Source of the DNA: a virus
Lineage: Duplodnaviria; Caudoviricetes
DNA length: 63,767 nt
Reading direction: 5' to 3' (one strand)
IMG/VR virus record: IMGVR_UViG_3300046479_000008
Span: 1 to 63,767 of that record
Under the pieces are notes generated by a model, which was given only the letters and a program-made list of their open reading frames with translations, was not told the DNA's origin and made no database searches. A program made the position numbers and the translations under genes. The stretch's first letter is position 1. Every line of letters begins with the position of its first letter. This document shows positions 37,031-46,495 of this stretch, piece by piece.

Positions 37031-37494
37031 ACGATAGAGATATGTTTCCAGAGATCCAAGATGGTGATCTAATTGCCTTCCAATGCCGAAAGGGATTGGG
37101 AGACTGGCTGATCCGTTGGTGGACCAAGAGCCCATGGACCCATGTGGGAGTAGCGTGTTGGTGGCGAGACACACTGATGATCGTGGAATCCTATCCGGGC
37201 TATGGGGTGCGTTGTCGTCCGCTGTCCCAGGACCTACAAGATGCTTACTGGATTCCCACCGGGCTGTCTTGGACTCCAAGGCTACATGAGATGGCCACTG
37301 ATCTGTTTGACACCCCGTATTCTTGGATCAACGATTGGCAAGCCGCATGGGGAGAAAAGCTGTTGGGACATCATATGCAATGTGCTCAATATGCCTCTTA
37401 CATCTTTACGCAAGCAGGACTCAAAGGAATGCCCTTGAGCCCCACACCGGGTAATGTTGTAGCTTGCTTCAAGGCCCAACCACAGAAGCTATGA
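37027..37494 (+). CDS. permuted papain-like amidase (YiiX/YaeF-like)
   Basis: DGDLIAF, SPWTHVG, PYS, QCAQY, PTPG. Confidence 0.8.
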   Translation: MNDRDMFPEIQDGDLIAFQCRKGLGDWLIRWWTKSPWTHVGVACWWRDTLMIVESYPGYGVRCRPLSQDLQDAYWIPTGLSWTPRLHEMATDLFDTPYSWINDWQAAWGEKLLGHHMQCAQYASYIFTQAGLKGMPLSPTPGNVVACFKAQPQKL

Positions 37495-37737
37495 GTAGTC
37501 GTAGACCTTCTGCATGAGCCAGATCTGCCAGCAGATCCAGAAGGCATATCCGAAGATCAGACACACACCGGGAATCCAGTGGAGACTCAGACCCAGGACA
37601 ATGGCTTCAATTCGAGCCAAATTGATAAGCTCCTCGGTCCAGACTTCTCTGTTCCAAATCTGCTTGTGCCGCAGGGCGGTCAGGGTGTCTGTGGACAGCA
37701 GGGTCTTGAAGTAGCTCTTGAGGTTCTGGAGAATCAT
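37489..37737 (-). CDS. small membrane protein
   Basis: Hydrophobic C-terminal half; ATGA-coupled. Confidence 0.6.
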   Translation of the reverse strand: MILQNLKSYFKTLLSTDTLTALRHKQIWNREVWTEELINLARIEAIVLGLSLHWIPGVCLIFGYAFWICWQIWLMQKVYDYS

Positions 37738-38729
37738 AGCCGATCCCTATTCTTGAGCATGGCCAGCTGACGGCCATATTGGTCCTTATGGTCAATGAAC
37801 CCGGCGACGATGCCAGCGTCCTCAACTACATCATGCATGAGCAGGTTGGGCTTCCAGGTGGCAAAGCGGCCCAAGGAATAGATGCTATAGAGTTCACTCA
37901 GGGCCATGATGAACCCTCTGCGAGCAGTCTCGTCAATGGGGACCAGCTTACCGAACCGTTGCTCCTTCATCTTGATGTCTCCGATCACGGCGTGCTCGAT
38001 ACCGAAGTTATCCAAGACGCACATGGCAGTCCGGGCCAGCCAACCCAAGCCAACCATATCCAAACCGGAACTGAAGTCATCCATACGAGGACGAGGCTCG
38101 GTCTGGAACTCAATGATCAACTGGTTGCCCGTTATTGAGCAGCGATAGAAGGATTCGTCCCCAGGGTAGTAGAGGGTCTGATAGACGTCAACCTCCGGCT
38201 CAAGCAGCTGCACCGTCACGGCCCAGATGCTCTTGTAGTTGAACTGCGGTGGCTCCGGCCAGCCCACCATCTTCATCATCACCGGCATAGGGATGGTGCT
38301 CACGGCAGGACACATAGCTCCTTGAGCGATGATCAGATCGTCTGCAGTCAAGGGGGAGTTATAGATGATCTCCACCCCCTCGGAGAGACGAGCCACGAAA
38401 TCCTTTGGGGCGATCCAACGGTCGGTGGTGTCTAGGTTCATGATGCTCCGACCACGCACAGTTCCGTTGGTCTTCAGGGAATACATATTCCCCAACCGCA
38501 GAGTCGGCTGTGTGATGATCTCTCCCTCGTAGTGAATCCCCTTCAGGACCTTCACCTTCTTGAACGGGATCCCTGTGATCTCTGAGATCTGTTCATCCCG
38601 GAATCGCAGCAGAGCCTCATGGTTATGTGGCAGAGAGGGTTGAGCCTCGTGGATGACTGGACGATGCTTGCGGAGCACATGGGCAGCAATCAAGCCAGCC
38701 ATACCCCCGCCATAGATATCAATGCTCAT
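37734..38729 (-). CDS. FAD/NAD(P)-binding oxidoreductase (UDP-galactopyranose-mutase/amine-oxidase-like fold)
   Basis: IYGGGMAGLIAA...IHEAQ; STIP; C-terminal YSLGRFATW. Confidence 0.85.
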   Translation of the reverse strand: MSIDIYGGGMAGLIAAHVLRKHRPVIHEAQPSLPHNHEALLRFRDEQISEITGIPFKKVKVLKGIHYEGEIITQPTLRLGNMYSLKTNGTVRGRSIMNLDTTDRWIAPKDFVARLSEGVEIIYNSPLTADDLIIAQGAMCPAVSTIPMPVMMKMVGWPEPPQFNYKSIWAVTVQLLEPEVDVYQTLYYPGDESFYRCSITGNQLIIEFQTEPRPRMDDFSSGLDMVGLGWLARTAMCVLDNFGIEHAVIGDIKMKEQRFGKLVPIDETARRGFIMALSELYSIYSLGRFATWKPNLLMHDVVEDAGIVAGFIDHKDQYGRQLAMLKNRDRL

Positions 38730-39475
38730 AGATCTCTCCCACTATCATATTCAGCTTCAGCTTCTGGTTCTGATTCCTCTAGGTTACGAGGTTTCATTAT
38801 CTCAGCCATTTGATAGTCATACCATTTCTCGGAGGTCATCAAGGCCCTGGAGAGAAGGTTCTGCAGGATGAACGCATCCACCGGCTTGACCCAGATGCCA
38901 TTGATTGTGTTGTCACCACAGAACGCTGGATGGTTTGGGAACAGGCTGTGATAGACCATCCCAGGAGTGCCCCTCTTGTAGTGACGCACCTTGCGGATCA
39001 TCTCCCAGTAGGGTTCAGAGTATTCAGGATCCGCATCCGGCAGTCCCTTGAGGAACCATTTGCTGTAGCTCTTTATGGTGCGACGGTATTCGAGCTTGTC
39101 CAAGTTGTGCTTGGGGAGATCAGAAACATCACGCCCGAGGAGCTCAGAAATCATGGCGAGATACCAGAGCACATCACCCATCTCCTCCATGATGTGATCC
39201 TTCTCCTCTTCGTTGAGATCAGCGGGATCCGTCTTGTCCATGTAACGCCAGAGTTTGGTGACTTCTTTGACCACTTCTCCGGCCTCTTCTCCCAACCCTA
39301 GGGTGAAGCACTGCAACACACCCTCGTGATTGGTGACATGTTCTGCAGCTTTATTCTGGAATTCTCGGAGATCTAGCTCCGGTTTATTGAGATCTGCGTA
39401 TTTTACCCACCGGCCACCATTGACTTCGAACAAATCTACGTTGCCGTTATTGAATTTAAGCTCATAACGCTTCAT
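38726..39475 (-). CDS. MazG-like NTP pyrophosphohydrolase with extra domains
   Basis: GLGEEAGEV...EEMGDVLWYL...NLDKL. Confidence 0.9.
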   Translation of the reverse strand: MKRYELKFNNGNVDLFEVNGGRWVKYADLNKPELDLREFQNKAAEHVTNHEGVLQCFTLGLGEEAGEVVKEVTKLWRYMDKTDPADLNEEEKDHIMEEMGDVLWYLAMISELLGRDVSDLPKHNLDKLEYRRTIKSYSKWFLKGLPDADPEYSEPYWEMIRKVRHYKRGTPGMVYHSLFPNHPAFCGDNTINGIWVKPVDAFILQNLLSRALMTSEKWYDYQMAEIMKPRNLEESEPEAEAEYDSGRDL

Positions 39476-39483
39476 TTTATCCC

Positions 39484-40134
39484 CTAAGAAAACGTGTCAA
39501 TTGAGGTCTTATCCAGCCAATTTAGCTCTTTTTGGAGGTTTTCCTTGGCCTGTTTGTCGTATAAAGCCTTGAAATAGCGAGTGCTATACAGGGTTTCCAG
39601 CTCTAACATGGACTTAATCCATGCTTTACGGCCCTCATGGAAGGCCGTAACACCACAAATAGGGACGAATTCCTGAGCTACTTGACGGGCACGAGTGGTA
39701 TACCCCTCCCAATTAGGATCGCCTAGATGAGAAAGATCCAAATCCATCAACAATCCTGAGTGAGTATTCACGATCCCAGTCATAGGAACCGGGAGATGCT
39801 CCTTGGTGGACATAATCATGTCCTCAATTGGGCCATTCCAACCCAACTCATGGGCCTTCATCCAGAGCATAGCATGGTCAGCACTGCGCTCTTCATTGTC
39901 CTTGGCCCCAGGGGTGTAGACCCAATCGTGGAAGATGATCCCATAGGCCATCAGATCGCGATCAATCTTGAGATCCTCGAACCAGCGGTTCTGAGCCATG
40001 AATTCATTCATGCGCTCGAACATGTAGTGCAGGTGCTCCAGGGTGTGGAACTTCCGATGTGGCTGCTGATATTGAACTAGCACACCCACCTGAAGATCTA
40101 CGCCTCTGTAAAAAGGCATAATGGACTCGTACAT
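39484..40134 (-). CDS. HD-superfamily phosphohydrolase
   Basis: PHRKFHTLEH, FHDWVY, NEERSA, TKEH, DLDLSHLG. Confidence 0.9.
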   Translation of the reverse strand: MYESIMPFYRGVDLQVGVLVQYQQPHRKFHTLEHLHYMFERMNEFMAQNRWFEDLKIDRDLMAYGIIFHDWVYTPGAKDNEERSADHAMLWMKAHELGWNGPIEDMIMSTKEHLPVPMTGIVNTHSGLLMDLDLSHLGDPNWEGYTTRARQVAQEFVPICGVTAFHEGRKAWIKSMLELETLYSTRYFKALYDKQAKENLQKELNWLDKTSIDTFS

Positions 40135-40171
40135 GTGATTCCTTCAATCAATAGCTTAGGCTACTCGTTCG

Positions 40172-40285
40172 TTATTTACTGAAATCGATCAAGTCTTTTC
40201 CAGTGACCCACTTGTAGGGGATGGCAGCAATACACATGCCTACGAAGAGTAACGCTCCACCTAGCTGTTTGATTCGCCACATCAT
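40172..40285 (-). CDS. 37-aa membrane micro-protein
   Basis: Manual translation MMWRIKQLGGALLFVGMCIAAIPYKW...; TAATG overlap. Confidence 0.5.
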   Translation of the reverse strand: MMWRIKQLGGALLFVGMCIAAIPYKWVTGKDLIDFSK

Positions 40286-41181
40286 TAGGCCTCCAGTTCG
40301 TCGTCCGCCAAGGTCTCCAACAGCGCCTCAACGTCCTTACCAGACAGGACATTAACTGGTGGAGGGGCATCCAGGTCTTCCCGGAACATCAACATGCGTC
40401 CGGCAGCAGCCTTACCCTCGTTGGGATCGGTGGAGAAGAACAACCACTCACCACTGGCTGTCTCTGCGTGGAGGTAGGCTCCGTTGGGGTGATCCATTAC
40501 GAAGTCACTGACCTCGATGATCTCGGTGACCTTCAGATCCTTGACGGGCTTACCGGCGATGAGCACTTTGTCGATGCCCTTGCTGGATCCAGCCGCCTTG
40601 AGTTTGCTCTGCACACCCGGAGTTGGAACAGCTGGCTCACCCGGATCGGCTTTGAATTCAGCTTTGGCAGGGGCAGTGACTTCTTCAGTGCGCTCTACGG
40701 GTTTGTTCTCCGTGTTCTCTACGGGCTCACTTGGGCCATGGGAGAGCAGGAACTCATCCAGATAGGTATCATCATCAGAGACAGCCAGGGCTACGATCTG
40801 ATTCAGAGAGAGTTTTTCTCTTCCACCGGCGTAGGAGAAGTTGCAAGTGCGAGCGCCTTCTTCCCCGGAAGAATACGCAAACTCTTCCTGAGCATCTCCG
40901 ATGTAGAGACCTGAGCCTACGATGTAGTAGAGCTGATCAGAGCTCATTGGAACTGCCACGGCGATCATAGAAGGCTTAGGACTCTCTTGAGCCTGACCCT
41001 CGTCGTTGTCATAATCCCCAGCCTCATGGATGGCTTCACCGGCCAGGTCAAGCACTGCACCTTGGTTGATGAGCACATACAGCACAGGATGGAAATCATC
41101 ATGGTCATAGACCTCTCCGAAGATCTCCATAGCCTTATGGAGTCCCTCCAGGTCTTCCTTGGCAATCCCGACAAAACGCAT
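40285..41181 (-). CDS. acidic hypothetical protein
   Basis: 298-aa ORF. Confidence 0.75.
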   Translation of the reverse strand: MRFVGIAKEDLEGLHKAMEIFGEVYDHDDFHPVLYVLINQGAVLDLAGEAIHEAGDYDNDEGQAQESPKPSMIAVAVPMSSDQLYYIVGSGLYIGDAQEEFAYSSGEEGARTCNFSYAGGREKLSLNQIVALAVSDDDTYLDEFLLSHGPSEPVENTENKPVERTEEVTAPAKAEFKADPGEPAVPTPGVQSKLKAAGSSKGIDKVLIAGKPVKDLKVTEIIEVSDFVMDHPNGAYLHAETASGEWLFFSTDPNEGKAAAGRMLMFREDLDAPPPVNVLSGKDVEALLETLADDELEA

Positions 41182-41182
41182 A

Positions 41183-41737
41183 TCAGTTACCCTTCTTCAA
41201 CAGATGGTATTCCTCTTTGAAATACTCAACGTATGAATCTAATTCTTTGCAGGAAGCCGCCATTTCACTCCAATTCTCCGGGATGTGCATCCACTCCCCT
41301 TTGGAGGTTCTGGTGGTGAAGGCAGCGACATGGACCTCATGGGAGGCCCCGTATTTCTCTAGGATCTCTGAGTAGCGATGATTGTGGAAGCCAATGAGAA
41401 CCACCCTAGATCCGGCAGGGATCTCGTGAAAGATACGATGTAAGTATAAGGTGGGCTTGTAAAACTTCTTACCTTCTTCGACTCTTGAATCCACAGGATT
41501 CATTCTAATCACTTCAATACCATTCTTGGTCAGAGAACGGATGTAGCGTAGCGCCTGATCTTCTTTGGTAGAACCAAATAGCACGATGGTCTGACTGGGA
41601 CCTTCGAAGTGGTATACCTCACGGGACAGATACGAAGCGATGTCAACCACGAAGAACTGGGTTCCGAATTTCTCTCCAGCCCTAAACAGATGGGACGACT
41701 CAATGATTATATAGTTGTTGACTGATCTAGTATCCAT
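41183..41737 (-). CDS. hypothetical protein, possible degenerate NYN/PIN fold
   Basis: Alpha/beta pattern YIIIESS...VVLIG...VHVAAF. Confidence 0.6.
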   Translation of the reverse strand: MDTRSVNNYIIIESSHLFRAGEKFGTQFFVVDIASYLSREVYHFEGPSQTIVLFGSTKEDQALRYIRSLTKNGIEVIRMNPVDSRVEEGKKFYKPTLYLHRIFHEIPAGSRVVLIGFHNHRYSEILEKYGASHEVHVAAFTTRTSKGEWMHIPENWSEMAASCKELDSYVEYFKEEYHLLKKGN

Positions 41738-41784
41738 TTACCACCATGTTCCTAAAAGGGAACTAGGCAGTCAAGGGCAGCAGG

Positions 41785-42618
41785 TTAATCAATTATGGTG
41801 CATCCACTCCAACGGGGAATGAGTTGAATCTTCCCTTGAGCCTCGACGAACCGATCTCGCATAAACTCTCGGATGGTTAACGTGCGGGCGATGCCTCCGA
41901 TGTCTCCGCTCTTAGATACAAATACCCCACCAAAACCTTCAACTTCAATTCCAGCCTGGGTGGTATTGATGTTGACTGGATCCATGCCCTCGTAATACTC
42001 TATACGCCTGTTTCCCTTTGGATGTAGAATATACGGATCCCAGAACTTACTATTGATGTTCGAGATACCACAAGTGTCCGTAAACGCCGGAGTAGACCCA
42101 TAAGGGTAAAGCCTATACGAGGTTACACCAATGGCTCTCACGGCCTTGGCAGACTTCAACAGCGCCAGGGCTTCATTCCATTCTAGATTCTCAGGCTCGT
42201 CCTCGCGCATCTTTGCCTTGAGCATCCAGGGAGACTCATCGGCCCTGGCAAACTTCACCTGGAGGAGATCCATACGCTGGATCGCTGCGGCTAGATCGTA
42301 TAGCGGAGTGGTCCAGAGTTCACAATTGAGGTAGATCTGGCTCCAGATGTTTGCGTCAAGTAGCTCCGCCAATTGGAGAATGATCTGCAGAAGATCTTCC
42401 TTGGTCATGGAGATCTTGAAAGGGTTCTCTGCCTGAACCTCCTCCCAGCTTGAACGAATCAAGCGGTTAACCAGGGTTCGCTCGTGGCCCTGATGTTCAA
42501 TATAATTGAACTTCTCCTTGAAGAAATTTCCCATTGCTTCCTGAGAGTTCCAAATGGTATCTGCCTTCATGGCAATGATCTCAGCTACTTCTGGCTGCAT
42601 TCTAAACTCCCATGTCAC
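41785..42618 (-). CDS. hypothetical protein
   Basis: 277-aa ORF downstream of sbcD-like. Confidence 0.7.
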   Translation of the reverse strand: MTWEFRMQPEVAEIIAMKADTIWNSQEAMGNFFKEKFNYIEHQGHERTLVNRLIRSSWEEVQAENPFKISMTKEDLLQIILQLAELLDANIWSQIYLNCELWTTPLYDLAAAIQRMDLLQVKFARADESPWMLKAKMREDEPENLEWNEALALLKSAKAVRAIGVTSYRLYPYGSTPAFTDTCGISNINSKFWDPYILHPKGNRRIEYYEGMDPVNINTTQAGIEVEGFGGVFVSKSGDIGGIARTLTIREFMRDRFVEAQGKIQLIPRWSGCTIID

Positions 42619-43594
42619 ATACTTGCATGATTAAGTCAACAAGCTCTTGGTCATCGCCACAAAGTTCCTTGATGATCTCAATCGGATCGGACACATTGAT
42701 CTCTCCGATGTCCGTAGTCACCTGGGAGATGAACGCCTTATACTCGGTTCCCTTGTTGGCCTCCAGGACCTTCTTGTCTCCGGTTCGGAAAGCGATCTCA
42801 AGAGGTTCCACGGTGAGCTCACGCTCCTTGAAACCCCATCCCGCTTTGTCAAATTTGAGCCCTAAAGCCATGATTGGGCGCTCAACCTCGTCCTGGGCCA
42901 GAGCGGCACGAGCGAGGCTCCCTGGGTGAAAATGGGTGCATATTCCAACTTCAGTCGGCTCTACCCTGGAATGGTCATGACCCCAAAGGAAGACATCAAA
43001 GTCAATATCCTCCAGGAGGTCGTAGCCGATGATCGGGGAACCAAACATGTTCTGGGCTCCACCGGGTCTAGCCATGGCATGGGCAATGCCGATCCGGTAA
43101 TCCACCCCCTCAGAGCGAGGAGGATAGGCTAGGATCTCATCCAGCATGGTCATGTCATCAGCATAGTCGAACCCTACAACCTCAACCACCAGACCATCAC
43201 GGTCGGTGAAGAACTCAGAGGCGCGGATAGGTTCATAGACTCCGGCGTGACAGAGCACACCAAGGGGTTGGTTGTTCAATGTGTCGTGACGGTCGAACTC
43301 GATGTCATGGTTGCCCACTACACCCCAAACCTTACCGGTGTTGAAGCCCCCGAATAGATCGATGACCTCGGTGATCAATCCTTTGGGATTGGCCTTGCTC
43401 ATGGGCTTCTTGATATGGAACACATCCCCGCCACAGAGACAAACCCCGTTGAGTCGATTGGTCCACTCCTGGATGGTCTCGATCTTCTTCAGAATGGCTC
43501 CACGGTAATCCCCGGTACGACGACCTGGAGGGATGGCCGACAGATGCATGTCTGTCATATACGTGAAGAACAATCCTTCTGAATCGATTCTCAC
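42602..43594 (-). CDS. SbcD/Mre11-like nuclease
   Basis: TDMH, GGDVFH, GNHD, AH, GHDH, PGSLAR; adjacent to SbcC-like gene. Confidence 0.9.
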   Translation of the reverse strand: MRIDSEGLFFTYMTDMHLSAIPPGRRTGDYRGAILKKIETIQEWTNRLNGVCLCGGDVFHIKKPMSKANPKGLITEVIDLFGGFNTGKVWGVVGNHDIEFDRHDTLNNQPLGVLCHAGVYEPIRASEFFTDRDGLVVEVVGFDYADDMTMLDEILAYPPRSEGVDYRIGIAHAMARPGGAQNMFGSPIIGYDLLEDIDFDVFLWGHDHSRVEPTEVGICTHFHPGSLARAALAQDEVERPIMALGLKFDKAGWGFKERELTVEPLEIAFRTGDKKVLEANKGTEYKAFISQVTTDIGEINVSDPIEIIKELCGDDQELVDLIMQVCDMGV

Positions 43595-43872
43595 TACTTG
43601 CTCCTGAATGCTTCTAGAAGAGCCTCGCCGTGTTCCATCTCGGACTCAAGGGTCTCCAGCGTAGATTCCAATTCTTCCTTGGTATCATTACGCAGGGTCT
43701 TCAGCTCAGCCCCGGACAGCTCCTCAACGTCAACCCCAAGGGACTTCAGGGTCTTGACCAGAGTGTCATACTGGGAGTCCAGGACAGCCTTCTCACGGTC
43801 CAACTTGGTCCGCTCATCAGAGAGCTTCTTCGACCTCTTCTCCAAAGCTTTAATGCGATCTTCAATCTCCAT
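43594..43872 (-). CDS. short coiled-coil protein
   Basis: Heptad pattern MEIEDRIKALEKR... Confidence 0.75.
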   Translation of the reverse strand: MEIEDRIKALEKRSKKLSDERTKLDREKAVLDSQYDTLVKTLKSLGVDVEELSGAELKTLRNDTKEELESTLETLESEMEHGEALLEAFRSK

Positions 43873-44995
43873 TTTCTCTCCACTTATGGCCACATTCTGG
43901 GCATTCAATAACCGTCATGGCATTCAACTCAGCTTTAGCACGGTCTAACTGAGCACCAACATCGATGATGTCAGAATCTAACCCATCGATTTCATGCGAA
44001 TACTTGATTATTTCTCCCCTCAGGTTACTGTATTCCTCAAGAGCTAGGAATAGAGTGGGGTCAGGGACCTTATACTCCGGGAGATCTGGGAGTTTAGACA
44101 GTCGTTCCCGGACTCCAAGGAGCCCATCTAAGGCCCGAAGGACTGAGGGGTCCACGTGAATCTCAGGAGGAATGATCCCTTCCAGAGCATCTTCCAAGGT
44201 ATTGAGAGTCCTGGCGGTCTCGTTGAGCTCTTCTAGATTGTAAAGCAGCTCACGGATCTCAGCCAGCCGAATGAACGTGGGGATCTTGATCCCATCTAGG
44301 ACCTTCTGAATCCCATGACTCTCCTGGATATTCTCAATCAGCTGATCAAGTTGATCGGAGTGTTCACCTTTTAGGAGAATCTTGTTCTCAAGCTGCTCAA
44401 GAGTAGCAATTAGAGCTACAGCATCACGCTCAAAGAACTCCTTTATGTCCTTGATATCTCTGGCAATCTCCTTGAGTTCCCCGCCGATGACCTTGCTTTC
44501 GCTGTTGGTCTCGGTGATACGGCGGTTGACTTCTTTCTTCCCAGACTCAAGTTTCTCCGTGGACGCGAAGGCCCCTAGGAGTTGGTTAAGTTGTGTGGGT
44601 TTGAGGGTTATCCCAAACTGAGGATCAAACTGACCAGCGAAGATAGGATCCAGTTCAAGATCACCAAGAACAATGGAACCGAAACCAAGGCTAGTGATAT
44701 CTTCAGGCACAGAACCCGAGAGTTTCTTGTAGTCATTTCCGTTAACCAGGTATGTCGGAGCGCCTTTAGACGTTCTAGAAATGGTAGCTTCAAGTAAGTC
44801 CTCCTGGAGAGTCACTACAGACTCATTGGTTCCATTCTTGATGAACCCATCCGGGAACTCATTCCTGGTCACCGCCTTGAGAGCACGGTATACAGCACTC
44901 TTACCAAGGTCAGAGGGTCCCACCAAAGCAGCGAGACCCTCTATGTTGACCTCAAATTTGTCCCAGGACTGAAAGTTACGTCCTGTGAGTTTCAT
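43862..44995 (-). CDS. SbcC/Rad50-like ATPase, N-terminal half ending at the Zn hook
   Basis: NFQSW, GPSDLGKSA Walker A, Q-loop GQFD, coiled coil, terminal CPECG; no signature motif or Walker B. Confidence 0.85.
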   Translation of the reverse strand: MKLTGRNFQSWDKFEVNIEGLAALVGPSDLGKSAVYRALKAVTRNEFPDGFIKNGTNESVVTLQEDLLEATISRTSKGAPTYLVNGNDYKKLSGSVPEDITSLGFGSIVLGDLELDPIFAGQFDPQFGITLKPTQLNQLLGAFASTEKLESGKKEVNRRITETNSESKVIGGELKEIARDIKDIKEFFERDAVALIATLEQLENKILLKGEHSDQLDQLIENIQESHGIQKVLDGIKIPTFIRLAEIRELLYNLEELNETARTLNTLEDALEGIIPPEIHVDPSVLRALDGLLGVRERLSKLPDLPEYKVPDPTLFLALEEYSNLRGEIIKYSHEIDGLDSDIIDVGAQLDRAKAELNAMTVIECPECGHKWRENGD

Positions 44996-44997
44996 CC

Positions 44998-45225
44998 TTA
45001 GCTTCTCCCGACAAAGTTCCCCTTGAACTCTTCATTGGAAACCTCTTCGATCGCGTCGAGGAGCTTCTCCGTGTCCGGGAGGATGTAGCCGAAGCCACCC
45101 AGGAGGGTGAAGAACTGATCGGTGAGTTCCACCCAGGTGAGATCCGCGCTGGGAAGGGTGGCGGCCATGGTGGCATTTGAACCATCGTCACGGGATGAGG
45201 ATACGGTAATTGAAGTGCAGTCCAT
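44998..45225 (-). CDS. hypothetical protein
   Basis: AAGGAG RBS; LTWVELTDQFFTLLGGFGY. Confidence 0.7.
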   Translation of the reverse strand: MDCTSITVSSSRDDGSNATMAATLPSADLTWVELTDQFFTLLGGFGYILPDTEKLLDAIEEVSNEEFKGNFVGRS

Positions 45226-45238
45226 TGGGTATGTCTCC

Positions 45239-46483
45239 TTACAAGGATACGTCATCGTCGTTAAGATTGAACTTCTCAAGCTTGGGGAAATCCGGCATTT
45301 CGTCGGTGTCACCAGAGACGTAACGGTCCTGAGCAGTCAGGGAAGTGGTGAAGCCCTGCTTGTCAGCGCGGATGGCTAGAGCCACCATCTCACGGAGCTT
45401 GTTGAGCACTGTAGCATCCGGCTCTTCCACCAACTCACGGATGGCCTGGGCCTTGTTCTCGTAGGTAGCGATGGGGTTCTCTGCATCTCCCACGATCCAC
45501 TTCTTACCTGAGTTCTTGATCAGGTCGTAGTGACGAGCCAGTTCACGGACGGAGATGAAGTCGTCCACACCCCGACCAGGACGAATCCATAGCACACCCT
45601 CACGGTAACCACCAGCGGTGGACTTGTTCTTGAGCACCCGGACCTTGACCTTGTTGACGATGAAATCGCCCTTGTCGTCATCGGTTCCTTCGAACAGGAA
45701 CTCATCGTCCGCACCACCAGCCCGGAAGGCCTTGGCCACATTGACCTCCAAGGTGATTGAAGGGACGTAGCGGATCTGGTTGCCACCAGGGAGCACGTAG
45801 GGGAGGTTGGTCATTGAGGGGTACTTCTGAGCCATCGCAGCTTCCTGAGAAGCATCGATACGAGCACGGATCTGGTTGACCATGATCAGGCAAGCATCAT
45901 ACTTGGCGGCGTAGGGAAGGATCGCATCGAAGAAGCTTGAGATGTCCTTGGCGTGTCGGCCGATTGAAGCCTTGAACGCAGTGCCGTCCATGATCTCCTT
46001 CTCTTCGAAGGAATTCTTCATACGAGGCACGGAGTCAAACACGAACAGACGTACACCGGCCTTCATGAAGATCAGGGCTTCCTTGACGCAACGGTCAATG
46101 GATCCAGGCTGACGCACGGTGATCATATCCTCAGAGGTATCCACACCGATTCCCTCAAGGTATTCAAGGGAGCAGGTGTTCTCGAAGTCGAAGATCACGG
46201 CGGGTTCGCCGGTATGCCGTTGATGGGAAGCAATGAGTCCATAGGCCAGAGTGGACTTACCACCGTGCTCTTTACCGTGAATGGTGATCACCCGGCCACG
46301 GTGGGGAATGCCCTTGAGACGGAGAACCTCATCCCACACAATGGAACCAGATGGGGTGAACTGCTCCACCACACCCTTCTTGAGGACCTGGTAGTCCTCG
46401 GAGGGGACCTGATTCAGGGCCTCCAGGAACCGAGATTTGACGTCAGTTCCGGTGAATTCTTTAGCTTTCAGTCTTGGTGCCAT
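45239..46483 (-). CDS. recA: RecA/UvsX recombinase
   Basis: PSGS..WD..L...GIP.GR, GKEHGGKST, DFE, VFDSV, NQIR, PGG, KNK. Confidence 0.93.
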   Translation of the reverse strand: MAPRLKAKEFTGTDVKSRFLEALNQVPSEDYQVLKKGVVEQFTPSGSIVWDEVLRLKGIPHRGRVITIHGKEHGGKSTLAYGLIASHQRHTGEPAVIFDFENTCSLEYLEGIGVDTSEDMITVRQPGSIDRCVKEALIFMKAGVRLFVFDSVPRMKNSFEEKEIMDGTAFKASIGRHAKDISSFFDAILPYAAKYDACLIMVNQIRARIDASQEAAMAQKYPSMTNLPYVLPGGNQIRYVPSITLEVNVAKAFRAGGADDEFLFEGTDDDKGDFIVNKVKVRVLKNKSTAGGYREGVLWIRPGRGVDDFISVRELARHYDLIKNSGKKWIVGDAENPIATYENKAQAIRELVEEPDATVLNKLREMVALAIRADKQGFTTSLTAQDRYVSGDTDEMPDFPKLEKFNLNDDDVSL

Positions 46484-46495
46484 TGTCGTCCTTGA

